From Candidatus Sysuimicrobiota bacterium (lineage in GTDB: Bacteria > Sysuimicrobiota > Sysuimicrobiia > Sysuimicrobiales > Sysuimicrobiaceae), in assembly GCA_040289515.1 (NCBI GenBank), contig PSLI01000007.1, forward strand, positions 29 to 64,028: a stretch of DNA of 64,000 nucleotides. Reading direction: 5' to 3'. Positions 1 through 9,148 of the stretch are shown here, piece by piece (position 1 is the first letter of the stretch; every line of letters starts with the position of its first letter). The position numbers and the translations under genes were made by a program. A model generated the notes under the pieces. That model made no database searches and was not told where the DNA came from. It was given only the letters and a program-made list of their open reading frames with translations.

Positions 1-68
1 CCGGAGGGATTCGAACCCCCGACATGCTGCTTAGAAGGCAGCCGCTCTGTCCCCTGAGCTACGGGCGC
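1..68 (-). tRNA. tRNA-Arg(TCT), 3' end cut by window edge
   Basis: Reverse complement reads GCGCCCG-TA-GCTC-AGGGGAC-AGAGC-G-GCTGC-CTTCTAA-GCAGC-ATGTC-GGGGG-TTCGAAT-CCCTC-CGG. All arms pair and the anticodon loop carries TCT. The last acceptor bases and CCA lie outside the window. Confidence 0.85.
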
Positions 69-109
69 CCGCTCCATTGTATCCGCACACTGCGGGGAGC
101 GGACAGTGC

Positions 110-412
110 TCAGGCCTCCCGCGGGGGCCGGCTCGCCTCCCACACCAGGTGCCCCAGCTCCGGCAGCACCAGCTTCTCCATCGCCAGACGCACCGCCGCG
201 GGCGAGCCCGGCATCGCCAGAACTACCTTGCCCCGCACCACGCCGCCCACCGCACGGCTCAGCATGGCTGCCGGCCCCACCTCTTCGTAGGAGAGCATTC
301 GGAACAGCTCCCCGAAGCCGTCCAGCCGCTTTTCCAGCAGGGCCGCAACCACCTCATAGGTCCGGTCGCGCGGCGCGATCCCCGTGCCCCCGGTGGTCAG
401 CACGGCCTGCAC
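110..412 (-). pseudogene. 5'-truncated MoaB/MogA-family (molybdenum cofactor) remnant
   Basis: The ORF (V)[21 protein letters not shown]...[10 protein letters not shown] matches only the C-terminal ~100 aa of MoaB/MogA proteins. In-frame sequence upstream of 412 translates to W/P-rich junk and is occupied by the 3' end of the MFS gene. Confidence 0.5.
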
Positions 413-1631
413 CTCGGAATCGGTCCTGCCGGCCGGCCCGGCCCAGGCCGGGGGCGAGAAGCCACGCGGCCAGGGCGCTTGCCACCACCAGCGCCCCGTT
501 CACCGCGAGACTCGCCGCCACGCCCGCCGCGTCGGCCAGCCACCCCGCGAACAGGCTGCCCGCGGGCCCGCTGCCAATCAGGGCGAGGGTGTACAGGCTC
601 ATCACCCGCCCCCGGTACCGGTCGTCCACGAGGGACTGGATGGTGGCGTTGGTGCTGGACATGTACGCGATGAGGAAGAACCCAGACACGGCGATGGTGA
701 CCGAGGCGGTCAGCAGGGTTCGGGTCGTGGCAAACCCCATCAGGCCCAGCCCGCTCGCCGCCGCCAGCGCCACGGTCCTTGCCGGATCCAAACTCCGGGT
801 GCTCGCTACAGCCAGGGCTCCCACCGTGGCCCCCACGCCCACCGCGGTGAGCAGCAACCCGTTCTCCGCGGGGCCGCCTCCCAGCAGGCGGACCGCGAAC
901 GCGGGCATCACCACCATCCAGGCAAAGCCAAACGTCCCGACCGCCGCCAGCAGCAAAAGCAAAGCCGCAACAGGTGAGTGGCCGCGCACGTAGCGGACGC
1001 CGTCTGCGGCCTGGCGCAAAATGCCGCCCTGCTCCTCCGCAGTCGGCGGCCGGTCCGGCAGCCGCACCCGCCACAGGGGCACGATCACGGCAAGGTAGGA
1101 GAGCGCGTTGGCCGCAAAGCACCAGCCAGGCCCCAGGACCTTGTACACGAAGCCCGCCAGGGCAGGGCCGAACACCCGGGAGGCGTTGAAGGCTGCGGAG
1201 TTCAGGGCCACCGCGTTGGCAAGATCCTCCCGGTCCACCAGTGTCGGCACCAGCGCCTGCCGGGTGGGGTTGTCCACGGCCATCACCAGACCATTCCAGA
1301 AGGCGAAGGCCAGGACCAACTCGAAGCGCACCGCCCCCGCGAAGGTAAAAGCTGCCAGGACTGCGGCCGCCACCAGGAAGGCACCCTGCGTAACCAGCAG
1401 CAGGCAGCGGCGGTCGTACCGGTCCGCCACCGCCCCGCCCGGCAACGCGAACAGCAGGGACGGCAGGCTGAAGGCGAACATCACCATCCCCGTCTTCAGG
1501 GCTGACTGTGTGATCTCGTAGACGAGGTAGCTCTGCGCGGTGCTCTGCATCCACGTGCCCACCAGCGACACCAGCATCCCGACCCAGTAGGTGCGGAACA
1601 CGGAGTACCGCAGAGCACGGAACGGGCTCAC
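354..1631 (-). CDS. MFS transporter (12-TM, EntS/secretion-effector-like)
   Basis: 425-aa ORF with a GTG start and repeated hydrophobic helices ([15 protein letters not shown]..., DRYDRR loop motif). The last ~35 aa are R/G-rich junk overlapping the moaB remnant. Confidence 0.8.
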   Translation of the reverse strand: MSPFRALRYSVFRTYWVGMLVSLVGTWMQSTAQSYLVYEITQSALKTGMVMFAFSLPSLLFALPGGAVADRYDRRCLLLVTQGAFLVAAAVLAAFTFAGAVRFELVLAFAFWNGLVMAVDNPTRQALVPTLVDREDLANAVALNSAAFNASRVFGPALAGFVYKVLGPGWCFAANALSYLAVIVPLWRVRLPDRPPTAEEQGGILRQAADGVRYVRGHSPVAALLLLLAAVGTFGFAWMVVMPAFAVRLLGGGPAENGLLLTAVGVGATVGALAVASTRSLDPARTVALAAASGLGLMGFATTRTLLTASVTIAVSGFFLIAYMSSTNATIQSLVDDRYRGRVMSLYTLALIGSGPAGSLFAGWLADAAGVAASLAVNGALVVASALAAWLLAPGLGRAGRQDRFRGAGRADHRGHGDRAARPDL

Positions 1632-1872
1632 ATCGCCCTCCCTCCGCGATGGCTTGCCTCTTTCGGCCGGGCGGCGCTCAGGGCCGCCCGGTGGTAAAGC
1701 GCGGATCGCCTTTTCCGTCGGACGTAGAGCCGAGCGGCGACCGTGAAAAACGCGCTCAGAACCCGGTCAGAACGTCGACCATGTCCCGCACCGAGCAAGA
1801 GCCTCGTGTCGCAGCCCCAGTCCGGCAACGGGCGGGTGTCGGGAACACATTCCCACGTTCTAAACAACAGTG

Positions 1873-2958
1873 TCAGGCTCGGCGCGGAAACACCCGGGCC
1901 CGCTCGGGCCGGATGCGCAACCCCACCGTTTGGCCAGGCCGCAGAGGGGCGGAGGGGTCCAGGCCCCGCACCTGCAGGCACGTCCCGTCTTCCAGCACGA
2001 GCTCAGCCTGCAGGGTCCAACCCAGGTAGTCGGTGGCCTGAACCGTGGCCCGCAGCTCCCCCGAAGAGTCGGAGGTTACCTCCACGTGCTCGGGCCGCAC
2101 CGACAGCCACACCGCCTGCCCGGTCGCCAGCTCCGCGTCCGTGGGAACCCCAAGGCGCCTGCCCGACAGCTCCACCTCTACCTCCCCTGTCCCCGCCCGC
2201 ACCACCACCGCGGGCAGGAGGTTGGCGCCCCCCAAAAAGTCTGCCACGAAGACCTCCTTAGGGTCCTCGTACAGCTCGCGGGGACTGCCCGCCTGCACCA
2301 GGCGGCCAGAGTCCAACACCGCGATGCGGTCCGACAGCACCAGGGCCTCCTCCTGGTCGTGGGTGACGTACAGGGTGGTGATCCCCAGCTCCCGCTGCAG
2401 GCGCGAAAGCTCCGACCGCATCTGCACCCGCAGCTTAGCGTCCAGGTTGCTGAAGGGTTCGTCCAGCAGCAGCAAACCCGGGCGCACCACCAGGGCCCGC
2501 GCCAGGGCTACCCGCTGCTGCTGCCCTCCCGAGAGCTGGGAGGGGAACCGACCCTCCATCCCCGCCAGCCCCACCTTCTCCAACGCCTCCCGCACGCGGC
2601 GCCGCACCTCGGACCCGGGCACCTTCCGCTCCACCAGGCCGAAGGCCACGTTGTCGAAGACCGTCATGTGGGGCCACAGAGCGTAGTTCTGGAACACCAT
2701 GCCCAGGTTCCGGTCCCACGGGGGCATCCGTGTCACGTCCTTGCCATCGAACAGCACCCGGCCCTCGTCCGGCTCCACCAACCCCGCCACGATGCGCAGG
2801 GTGGTGGTTTTCCCGCAGCCGCTGGGGCCCAGCAAGGTGAAGAACTCTCCCCGCCCCACGGACAAAGACAGGCCGCGCACCGCCGCGGTGATGCCGAAAT
2901 GTTTGGTAAGCCGGTCCAGCTCCACCTCCACCGCCAGGACCCGTTCTGCCATCTGCAC
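1873..2958 (-). CDS. ABC transporter ATP-binding protein (Fe3+/spermidine-putrescine PotA/FbpC type)
   Basis: Walker A GPSGCGKTT, signature LSGGQQQRVALARAL and Walker B LLLLDEP, plus a C-terminal TOBE-like regulatory domain. Confidence 0.9.
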   Translation of the reverse strand: MQMAERVLAVEVELDRLTKHFGITAAVRGLSLSVGRGEFFTLLGPSGCGKTTTLRIVAGLVEPDEGRVLFDGKDVTRMPPWDRNLGMVFQNYALWPHMTVFDNVAFGLVERKVPGSEVRRRVREALEKVGLAGMEGRFPSQLSGGQQQRVALARALVVRPGLLLLDEPFSNLDAKLRVQMRSELSRLQRELGITTLYVTHDQEEALVLSDRIAVLDSGRLVQAGSPRELYEDPKEVFVADFLGGANLLPAVVVRAGTGEVEVELSGRRLGVPTDAELATGQAVWLSVRPEHVEVTSDSSGELRATVQATDYLGWTLQAELVLEDGTCLQVRGLDPSAPLRPGQTVGLRIRPERARVFPRRA

Positions 2959-2970
2959 CGTCGCCCTCCG

Positions 2971-4689
2971 TTACCACGTAAGTGTGGGGCGCCGACCCCC
3001 GATCCGGTTGGCCACGTACGTCCCAAGCGCCACCAGCACCACCGCCACGGTGCCCAGGGCCGCCGCCGCACCCCGCCCCCGCGGACTCTGCGCGTACAGG
3101 TAAATGCCGTAGCTCAGGGGGCTCTGCTCCACTCGGCTGATGAGCAGCACCGTGCCGCTGAACTCCACCGCTGCGGTGACGAACACCAAGATACCCGCCG
3201 CCACCGCGCCCGTCAGCACCAGGGGTAACACCACCCGCCGAAAGATCCGCCACCGCCGCGCTCCGCTCACCGCTGCCGCCTCCTCCAGGGTCGGGTGCAC
3301 CTGCGCCATGGCCGCGGACGTAGCCCGGACCGCGTACGGCAGCCGCCGCGCCACGTACAGCATGGGGAACACCACCCACAGGGCCGTCAGGGGTACCCCC
3401 AGCCCGGGAACCGCCCAGTGGTCAAATACGCGCAGAAATCCGACCCCCAGCACCACCCCGGGCACCGCGATGGGCGCCGTGGCCGCGAAGTCCAGCAGCC
3501 CAGGCGCCGGCACCCGGCCTCGGTGCTGCAGGTACGCGATCCCCACCGCGACCGCCACCGCCAGCACCGCCGCCGTGGTGCTGTACAGCAGCGTGTTCAG
3601 CACGAACTGCGGCGCCCGGAACAGGATCTCCTCGTAGTGGTCCAGGGTGTAGCCCGTGGGCAAGTACGTGAGGCTCCACACCCGGCTCACCGACAGCAGC
3701 ACCACTCCCAGGTGCGGCAAAAGCCCCGCGAATCCCACCAGCATCGACACCGCCAGCAGCACCCACGGACCCCACCCCCGCAGAAGTTGCCCGGCCCGCT
3801 GCGCCCCCGTCTGCAGCGTCGCCACCTCCCGCCGCTGCCCCAGCCGCGTGGCCAGCCCCAGCGCCCCCAGCGCTAGCAGCAGCATCACCAGGGAGATGGC
3901 ATACCCGTCTGGATCCTCCCGCGCGATGGTGGTGATCCGAAAGTACGCCTGCGGGCCCAGCATGTTCTTCACGTTCAGAATCAGGGGAGTCCCCAGATCG
4001 TCCGTGGCCCGTACGAACACCAGGATGGCTCCCGCAGCGTACGCGGGCGCCACCAGCGGCAGCGTCACCCGCCACAGAAGCCGCAGCCCCCGCGCTCCTG
4101 CCACCTGCGCGGCCTCCTCCAGGCTCGGGTCCACGTTGGCCAGCGCTGCCGTCACCGTCAGCAGGATGAACGGGAAGTAGTGCAGCGCGTGCGCCAAAAT
4201 CACGCCCCGCAGGCCCTCCGCGGCCACGAACTGAACTCCCAGGCGGTCCTCCAGCAACAGCGTGAGCACCCCCGCGCGGCCCAGGGTCTGGTTCAACCCG
4301 ATGGCCCCCACGAAGGGCGGGATCACCAAGGGCACCGTCAGCCAGGTGACCAGCAGGCCCTGCCCCCGGAACCGGTACCGCCCCAGCAGAAACGCCGGTG
4401 GAAGGGCCAGCAGGCTCGCTAGCGCCGTGGCTCCCACCCCGGCGTACACGCTGTTGCGTAGAGACTCCAAATACAGGGGCGTGTAGAAGAACCGCGCCAC
4501 GTGCGCCACGGTGAAGCCCGTGGCGTCCACCACGGCCCCCCGCAACACCGAGGCGATGGGCAGGACCACCAGCACCCCCACTACCGCCAGCAGCAGCCCG
4601 TACAGCAGCAGGTGGGCGGGTTCGTACCCGGGCCGCCTCCGCCCCGCCGTCGCGGAGCCCGCGGGCACCGCTGCCGCTTGCGGCTCCAT
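2971..4689 (-). CDS. ABC transporter permease, duplicated (two-module) FbpB-like
   Basis: The long ORF 2971..4767 has its likely start at ATG 4689 (MEPQAA...), immediately after the upstream stop at 4692. It carries about 12 TM segments in two permease repeats. Confidence 0.85.
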   Translation of the reverse strand: MEPQAAAVPAGSATAGRRRPGYEPAHLLLYGLLLAVVGVLVVLPIASVLRGAVVDATGFTVAHVARFFYTPLYLESLRNSVYAGVGATALASLLALPPAFLLGRYRFRGQGLLVTWLTVPLVIPPFVGAIGLNQTLGRAGVLTLLLEDRLGVQFVAAEGLRGVILAHALHYFPFILLTVTAALANVDPSLEEAAQVAGARGLRLLWRVTLPLVAPAYAAGAILVFVRATDDLGTPLILNVKNMLGPQAYFRITTIAREDPDGYAISLVMLLLALGALGLATRLGQRREVATLQTGAQRAGQLLRGWGPWVLLAVSMLVGFAGLLPHLGVVLLSVSRVWSLTYLPTGYTLDHYEEILFRAPQFVLNTLLYSTTAAVLAVAVAVGIAYLQHRGRVPAPGLLDFAATAPIAVPGVVLGVGFLRVFDHWAVPGLGVPLTALWVVFPMLYVARRLPYAVRATSAAMAQVHPTLEEAAAVSGARRWRIFRRVVLPLVLTGAVAAGILVFVTAAVEFSGTVLLISRVEQSPLSYGIYLYAQSPRGRGAAAALGTVAVVLVALGTYVANRIGGRRPTLTW

Positions 4690-4691
4690 CT

Positions 4692-6017
4692 CTACCGGAC
4701 CGCCTGCGCGGCCTCGTTGGCCAGCTGTACGGCCCGGCCGTACGCCTGCCGCGCCAGCGCCTCCCACTCCCGCTCCTTGGCTGCCCGGTACGCGGGGTCG
4801 CGGTCCACCTCCCGGGCGATCTCCATGGCCGTGGCCTCACTCACCGGCACCAGTCGCGCCGAGGCCCTCGCCTGCCGCAGCAGTCGCTCCGCCCTGCTCA
4901 CGTCCCCGCCCCGGCGCCGCGCCTCTTCCACCGCTCGCTCCGCCGCGTAGATGGCCTCCCAAGCCCGCCGCAGCTCTGCGTGCCGGAAGGTGATCACCTG
5001 GTCGAACATCCGGGTCACCAGCTGGTAGCGCGCCGCGGACAGGTTGGCGTCAAACCGCACCCCGGGGCTCATGCGGAACGGGTTGGGGAACCCCTTGGGC
5101 GCCTGCACATAAAGACTCGCCCGCACCGGCAGCCGTGCGATCTCGGGTCGGAACAGGAGCTTCTGCCCCTCGTCGGTCAACAGGAAGTTCACGAACCGCC
5201 GAGCCCCCTCGGGGTTCGGCGCGCCCCGCACGATGCCCACGTTGGCGGGCACTAGGGAGGTCACCTTGGGGTACACGAACCGGACCGGCTGGCCGGAGGC
5301 GATGGCAGACAAGCCGAAGAAGTCGATGACGATCCCGATCCCGTACTGGCCCGCAATAACCGCCTCGGGTACCCCGAAGGATCGCTCCGTGAGGGCTCCC
5401 ATGTTGCCCGCCATCTGCACCAGCAGGCGCCAGCCACGGTCCCATCCGTACCCCTGCAGGAGGGTCTCCACCGTCAGGTGGGTGGTGCCGCTGCGGGCGG
5501 GGGTGGACATGATGATGTGCCCGAAGTACACCGGCTCCAATAGGTCCTCCCACTCCCGCGGCTCGGGCAGGCGCCGCCGCTCCATGTACACGGTGTTCCA
5601 CATGATCCCGTATCCGCTCACCGCGAACCCCACGAAGTAGCCGTCCGGGTCGTTGATGGGGAAGCCGGCGACCCGGTCCGGGATCCCCCTGCGCAGCTCC
5701 GCGGGCGGGGTGTACCGCTCCAGGAGGTTGTTCTCCTTCAGGTACACGAACGCGTCCACCGCGCTGGCCCAGAACACATCCACGTCCGGCCGGCCCGCCC
5801 GCTCCCGGAGCTGCGTGATGCCCGCCGTGGTGGGCTTGGAGACCACCACCATGGACCAGCCGGGGTTGGCGCGCTCGAAGGCTGCCTTGTACGTCTCAAA
5901 CAGCTCCCGGGGGAAGGAGGTAAGCACCACCACCTGGCCCGCCTGGGCCAGGGCCCCTGCGGGCACCAGCCACGTCGCCAGCAGGACCAGCAACACACGC
6001 TGACACCGCCTCATCAT
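4692..6017 (-). CDS. ABC transporter periplasmic substrate-binding protein (iron(III)/polyamine family) with helical C-terminal extension
   Basis: Signal peptide MMRRCQRVLLVLLATWLVPAGALA and an SBP_bac_1/6-like core (VVVLTSFPRELFE...). An extra ~100-aa charged helical tail follows. Confidence 0.8.
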   Translation of the reverse strand: MMRRCQRVLLVLLATWLVPAGALAQAGQVVVLTSFPRELFETYKAAFERANPGWSMVVVSKPTTAGITQLRERAGRPDVDVFWASAVDAFVYLKENNLLERYTPPAELRRGIPDRVAGFPINDPDGYFVGFAVSGYGIMWNTVYMERRRLPEPREWEDLLEPVYFGHIIMSTPARSGTTHLTVETLLQGYGWDRGWRLLVQMAGNMGALTERSFGVPEAVIAGQYGIGIVIDFFGLSAIASGQPVRFVYPKVTSLVPANVGIVRGAPNPEGARRFVNFLLTDEGQKLLFRPEIARLPVRASLYVQAPKGFPNPFRMSPGVRFDANLSAARYQLVTRMFDQVITFRHAELRRAWEAIYAAERAVEEARRRGGDVSRAERLLRQARASARLVPVSEATAMEIAREVDRDPAYRAAKEREWEALARQAYGRAVQLANEAAQAVR

Positions 6018-6068
6018 CCTGAGATCCCTCCCTCCTCGTGGTCTGTGCGCTGCACCCAGCGGCAGGGT

Positions 6069-6629
6069 CTAACGGACTCGCTCCAGGTACTGGCCCGTGC
6101 GCGTATCTACGCGGATGCGGTCGCCCTGCTCCACGAACAGGGGCACCTGGACCACCGCTCCCGTCTCCAGAGTCGCGGGCTTGCTGCCGCCCGTGGCGGT
6201 ATCCCCCCGCACGCCCGGGGGCGTGTCCACGACCTCCAGCTCCACGCTGTTGGGAAGCTCCACCTCCAGGGGCACCCCCTCGTGGAACACCACCTCTACC
6301 GTGGTCCCCTCCTTGAGGAAGCGCCGCGCCTCGCCCAGGACCGAGGCCGCCAAAGCCACCTGCTCGTAGGTGGACGTATCCATAAAGTAGTACTGATCCC
6401 CGTCGTGGTACAGGTACTGCATCTGCTTGCTCTCCAGGAATGCCTGCGGGACCCGTTCGCCCGCGCTGAACTTGCGCTCCACGATGGCCCCGGTACGCAT
6501 GTTGCGGACCTTGGCCCGCACGTACGCGGAGCCTCGGCCCAGCTTCACGTGCTGCGCCTCCACCACCGTGTACAATTCGCCCTCCAGCTGGATGTGCACG
6601 CCCGGCCGAAAGTCGTTGGTCGAGATCAA
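6069..6629 (-). CDS. efp: Elongation factor P
   Basis: (L)ISTNDFRPGVHIQLEGELY...VVDTPPGVRGDTATGGSKPATLETGAVVQVPLFV. TTG start at 6629 preceded by GGGAGG. The longer track ORF (to 6755) has a junk N-terminus. Confidence 0.9.
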   Translation of the reverse strand: MISTNDFRPGVHIQLEGELYTVVEAQHVKLGRGSAYVRAKVRNMRTGAIVERKFSAGERVPQAFLESKQMQYLYHDGDQYYFMDTSTYEQVALAASVLGEARRFLKEGTTVEVVFHEGVPLEVELPNSVELEVVDTPPGVRGDTATGGSKPATLETGAVVQVPLFVEQGDRIRVDTRTGQYLERVR

Positions 6630-6779
6630 TCCTGCGCCTCCCGCCCGATGCTGTCCCCGGCCCGCCGTCGATGTGGCGGCCTGCTCCACACCCATTCTAC
6701 CGAACTCTGTCCGCGCGCCACACCACCTCGCGGGCCGGGTGGAGGGACGGCTCACGCGGGCTGGTACACCAGGGAGGTG

Positions 6780-7632
6780 TTACCCCCCCAGACGCCTGGC
6801 CGTGACCTGGGCTTCCTCCCCCCGCGCCAGCAGCGTCTTGGGATCGCCCGCGTGCAGGGGGCAGCAGGCAGCTCCCACGCTCACGGTAGCGCCGTAGGGC
6901 GCAAAGGCTTCCACAGCCTCCCGCACCCGCTCCGCGATAACGAAGGCGTGGTCGGGGTTCGCCTCTGGCATCAGCACGCAGAACTCGTCCGGCTCCAGGT
7001 AGAACTTCGTGTCCACCGCACGGGTGACCCGCTGCAGGACCTGCGCCACGGGATGCGCTACTTCCTGCACCGCCTGCAGGCCCCACCGCCCGAGGATCTG
7101 CTCCCACTGGTTCACCCGCGCCGCCAGCAGACACGGGGATGGCCGTACCGCAAGGAGCGTTCCACCTCCACCGGCAGGGGCGATCTCCAGGTAGCGGCGA
7201 TTGAAAAGACCGGTGTCGGGATCCTGGATGCGCTGTGCCTCCAGCCGCGCGTCCCCCGCAGCGCGGGCCAGGGATTCGAACCACTTGGCAAGCTCCACCA
7301 CAGCGTCGAACGCCTCGTGAAGGGATGCCTTCTGGGCCTCCGTGAGGTCCGGAACCTCCTCCAGGACTGCCGCCCGGAACAGCAGCAGCTGCCGCAGCTC
7401 CTCGGCCAGGGACTGGATGGCGGAGGCCCCACTGAGGGTCGCGCCGCAACCGGTCCACCGGCCCGTAGGAATCCCCGTCCAGCACAACCCGAGTCCCCTC
7501 CAAGAGCGCCCGGCCACGAGCCTCCAGGGCAGCCCTGGACCGGCCACGGGCGGATGCGGCGGAAACCCCGTTGTCGATCACCCGCTGCCCCACGCGGGGA
7601 TCCAGGGCTGCCACGAAGTCTCCCTCCACCAC
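6780..7632 (-). CDS. Degenerate GGDEF-domain protein, apparently frameshifted
   Basis: Frame B (6780..7547) carries DPDTGLFNRRYL ... EPDEFCVLMP, a GGDEF fold with the signature changed to EPDEF. A good start (GGGAG-N2-GTG at 7632) and G/C-rich codon third positions are in frame A (7632 to ~7450). The frame B N-terminus is W/R junk. Confidence 0.55.
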
Positions 7633-7646
7633 GGCTCCCTGCCTTG

Positions 7647-8087
7647 TTAACGACCGGCGGACACCCGGGTGCGCGGCAGCGCGAGCTCCGAAATCCTCGA
7701 CGCCAGCTCCTCCGCCGCGTGCCAGTCCCCGTGCAGGCGCAGCAGGTTGTACAGGGCCAGCAGGCTACCGAGGTGATCCGGCGCCACCGCCAGGGCCGCC
7801 CGGAACTCCGCCTCTGCCAGCCGGTGGTAGTCGCCACCGTACCTGATCAGGCCCAGCTCGAACTGGCGCCGGGCGGTGAAGTAGGCGTAGCCCAACCGGT
7901 ACCGGGCCTGGGGGTTCCTCGGTTCCCGCTCCGCTACCTGGCGCAAGGGTGCCAGCGCCGCACCAAACGCACCCGGCCCCTCACGGCCACGTCCATGGCT
8001 ACCTCCTGGCAGGCTGGTCCTGCAGAGCTTTTCTACAACCCCGCGCGTGGATCCCTTCCGCCGTTCGGACGCACAGCAGGTGGCCAT
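7647..8087 (-). CDS. TPR-repeat protein
   Basis: ATG at 8087 (MATCCAS...). C-terminal TPR-like helices NPQARYRLGYAYFTARRQFELG...AEFRAALAVAPDHLGSLLALYNLL. Confidence 0.6.
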   Translation of the reverse strand: MATCCASERRKGSTRGVVEKLCRTSLPGGSHGRGREGPGAFGAALAPLRQVAEREPRNPQARYRLGYAYFTARRQFELGLIRYGGDYHRLAEAEFRAALAVAPDHLGSLLALYNLLRLHGDWHAAEELASRISELALPRTRVSAGR

Positions 8088-8199
8088 TTGGCGTTCATGC
8101 GATAATTTGTTCGGATGAAGGCGAACGTCTGCTCGCCAGATGTGGTTCCAGGGCTCGCCTCGGCGGGCCGAGGCTGCCCCCTCCGGTAAAATAAAGAAG

Positions 8200-9060
8200 A
8201 TGCCCTTCACTACCGCGGACTTTCTGGACCTGCTCCGGCTGCTGGAGCAGCATCCGGAGTGGAAGACCGCCCTTCGGGCCGCCATCCTGGGGGAAGAGCT
8301 CCTGCAGCTTCCCGAGCTCGTGCGTCGGCTCGCGGAGGCCCAGGAGCGCAGTCAGCAACAGCTGTACTTGCTAACCCAGCAGGTACAGGCCCTCGCAGAA
8401 GCTCACCGGCGCACTGAAGAAGCCCAGCACCACGCCACAGAACAGATCCGCGCCCTCACGGAAGCCCAGCAGCGTACCGAGCAGCGCGTCAGCCGCCTTG
8501 AGGACACCGTGGCAGAACTCATCCACGCCCAGCACCATGCCACAGAACAGATCCGCGCCCTCACGGAAGCCCAGCAACGCATGGAAACGGCCCACCGGGA
8601 GATTGAACGCCAGCTGGCACGTCTGAGCGAGGAAGTCCGGGAACTGGTACGCAACCTGGGTCGCATGGAGGAACGCTGGGGCCTGGCCCACGAGGAAATC
8701 GCAGAGGATCTCCTCCCTCAGATGCTTCAAAAGAAGGGCTGGCAGGTTCTGCGGGTGGCCCGGTTAGACTTCGACGGCGAAGTCGATCTGCTCGTCGCCG
8801 TCCAGGTCCAGGGGCGGCTCTTCACCCTGGCCGTGGAGGTGAAGGGACGCGTCTGGAGCCGCACTCCGGCGGACGAAATCCTCCGGAAGCTCACCCTGCC
8901 CGCCTTCCTAGATGCCCTGCGTCGCCAAGGGTTTCCCGAGCCCGTGGTGCCTGCCGTCTTCGGGTTCCTCGTGTACGAGGGTGCCGCAGACACCGCGCGC
9001 CAGTCCGGGGTGGGCTTGTTCACACCACGCGGAGAGCTTGTAGCCCCCAGCCTGCCCTGA
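8200..9060 (+). CDS. Coiled-coil (DUF3782-like) plus PD-(D/E)xK nuclease-fold protein
   Basis: MPFTTADFLDLLRLLEQHPEW, followed by a long Q/E/R coiled coil. The C-terminus GEVDLLVAV...LAVEVKGR fits an E-x-D...E-x-K restriction-endonuclease-like core. Confidence 0.65.
   Translation: MPFTTADFLDLLRLLEQHPEWKTALRAAILGEELLQLPELVRRLAEAQERSQQQLYLLTQQVQALAEAHRRTEEAQHHATEQIRALTEAQQRTEQRVSRLEDTVAELIHAQHHATEQIRALTEAQQRMETAHREIERQLARLSEEVRELVRNLGRMEERWGLAHEEIAEDLLPQMLQKKGWQVLRVARLDFDGEVDLLVAVQVQGRLFTLAVEVKGRVWSRTPADEILRKLTLPAFLDALRRQGFPEPVVPAVFGFLVYEGAADTARQSGVGLFTPRGELVAPSLP
8422..8576 (+). repeat. Internal 105-nt-period duplication (two ~50-nt near-identical copies)
   Basis: 8422..8471 and 8527..8576 differ at 2 positions and both encode AQHHATEQIRALTEAQQ. 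Confidence 0.85.
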
Positions 9061-9148
9061 AAGCTTGCCTCGGCTCCCGCAACCAGGCCTCGCTGCGACC
9101 GACAGGGCCCGCATGGAGGAAACCCGCGGGACGGGCCCCGGATCGCGG

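Noticed and set aside
1632-1872. Intergenic region upstream of the MFS gene with a GGGCGGC-cctgagc-GCCGCCC hairpin; considered as a riboswitch or attenuator
   Set aside because: It is a single short hairpin with no recognisable riboswitch core or alternative pairing. It may just terminate the upstream ABC operon.
9105-9138. Possible bidirectional terminator between the convergent nuclease-like and GT-C genes (GGGCCCG ... CGGGCCC)
   Set aside because: The stem is only 7 bp with a 20-nt loop and no U-tract on either strand. This is too weak to call.
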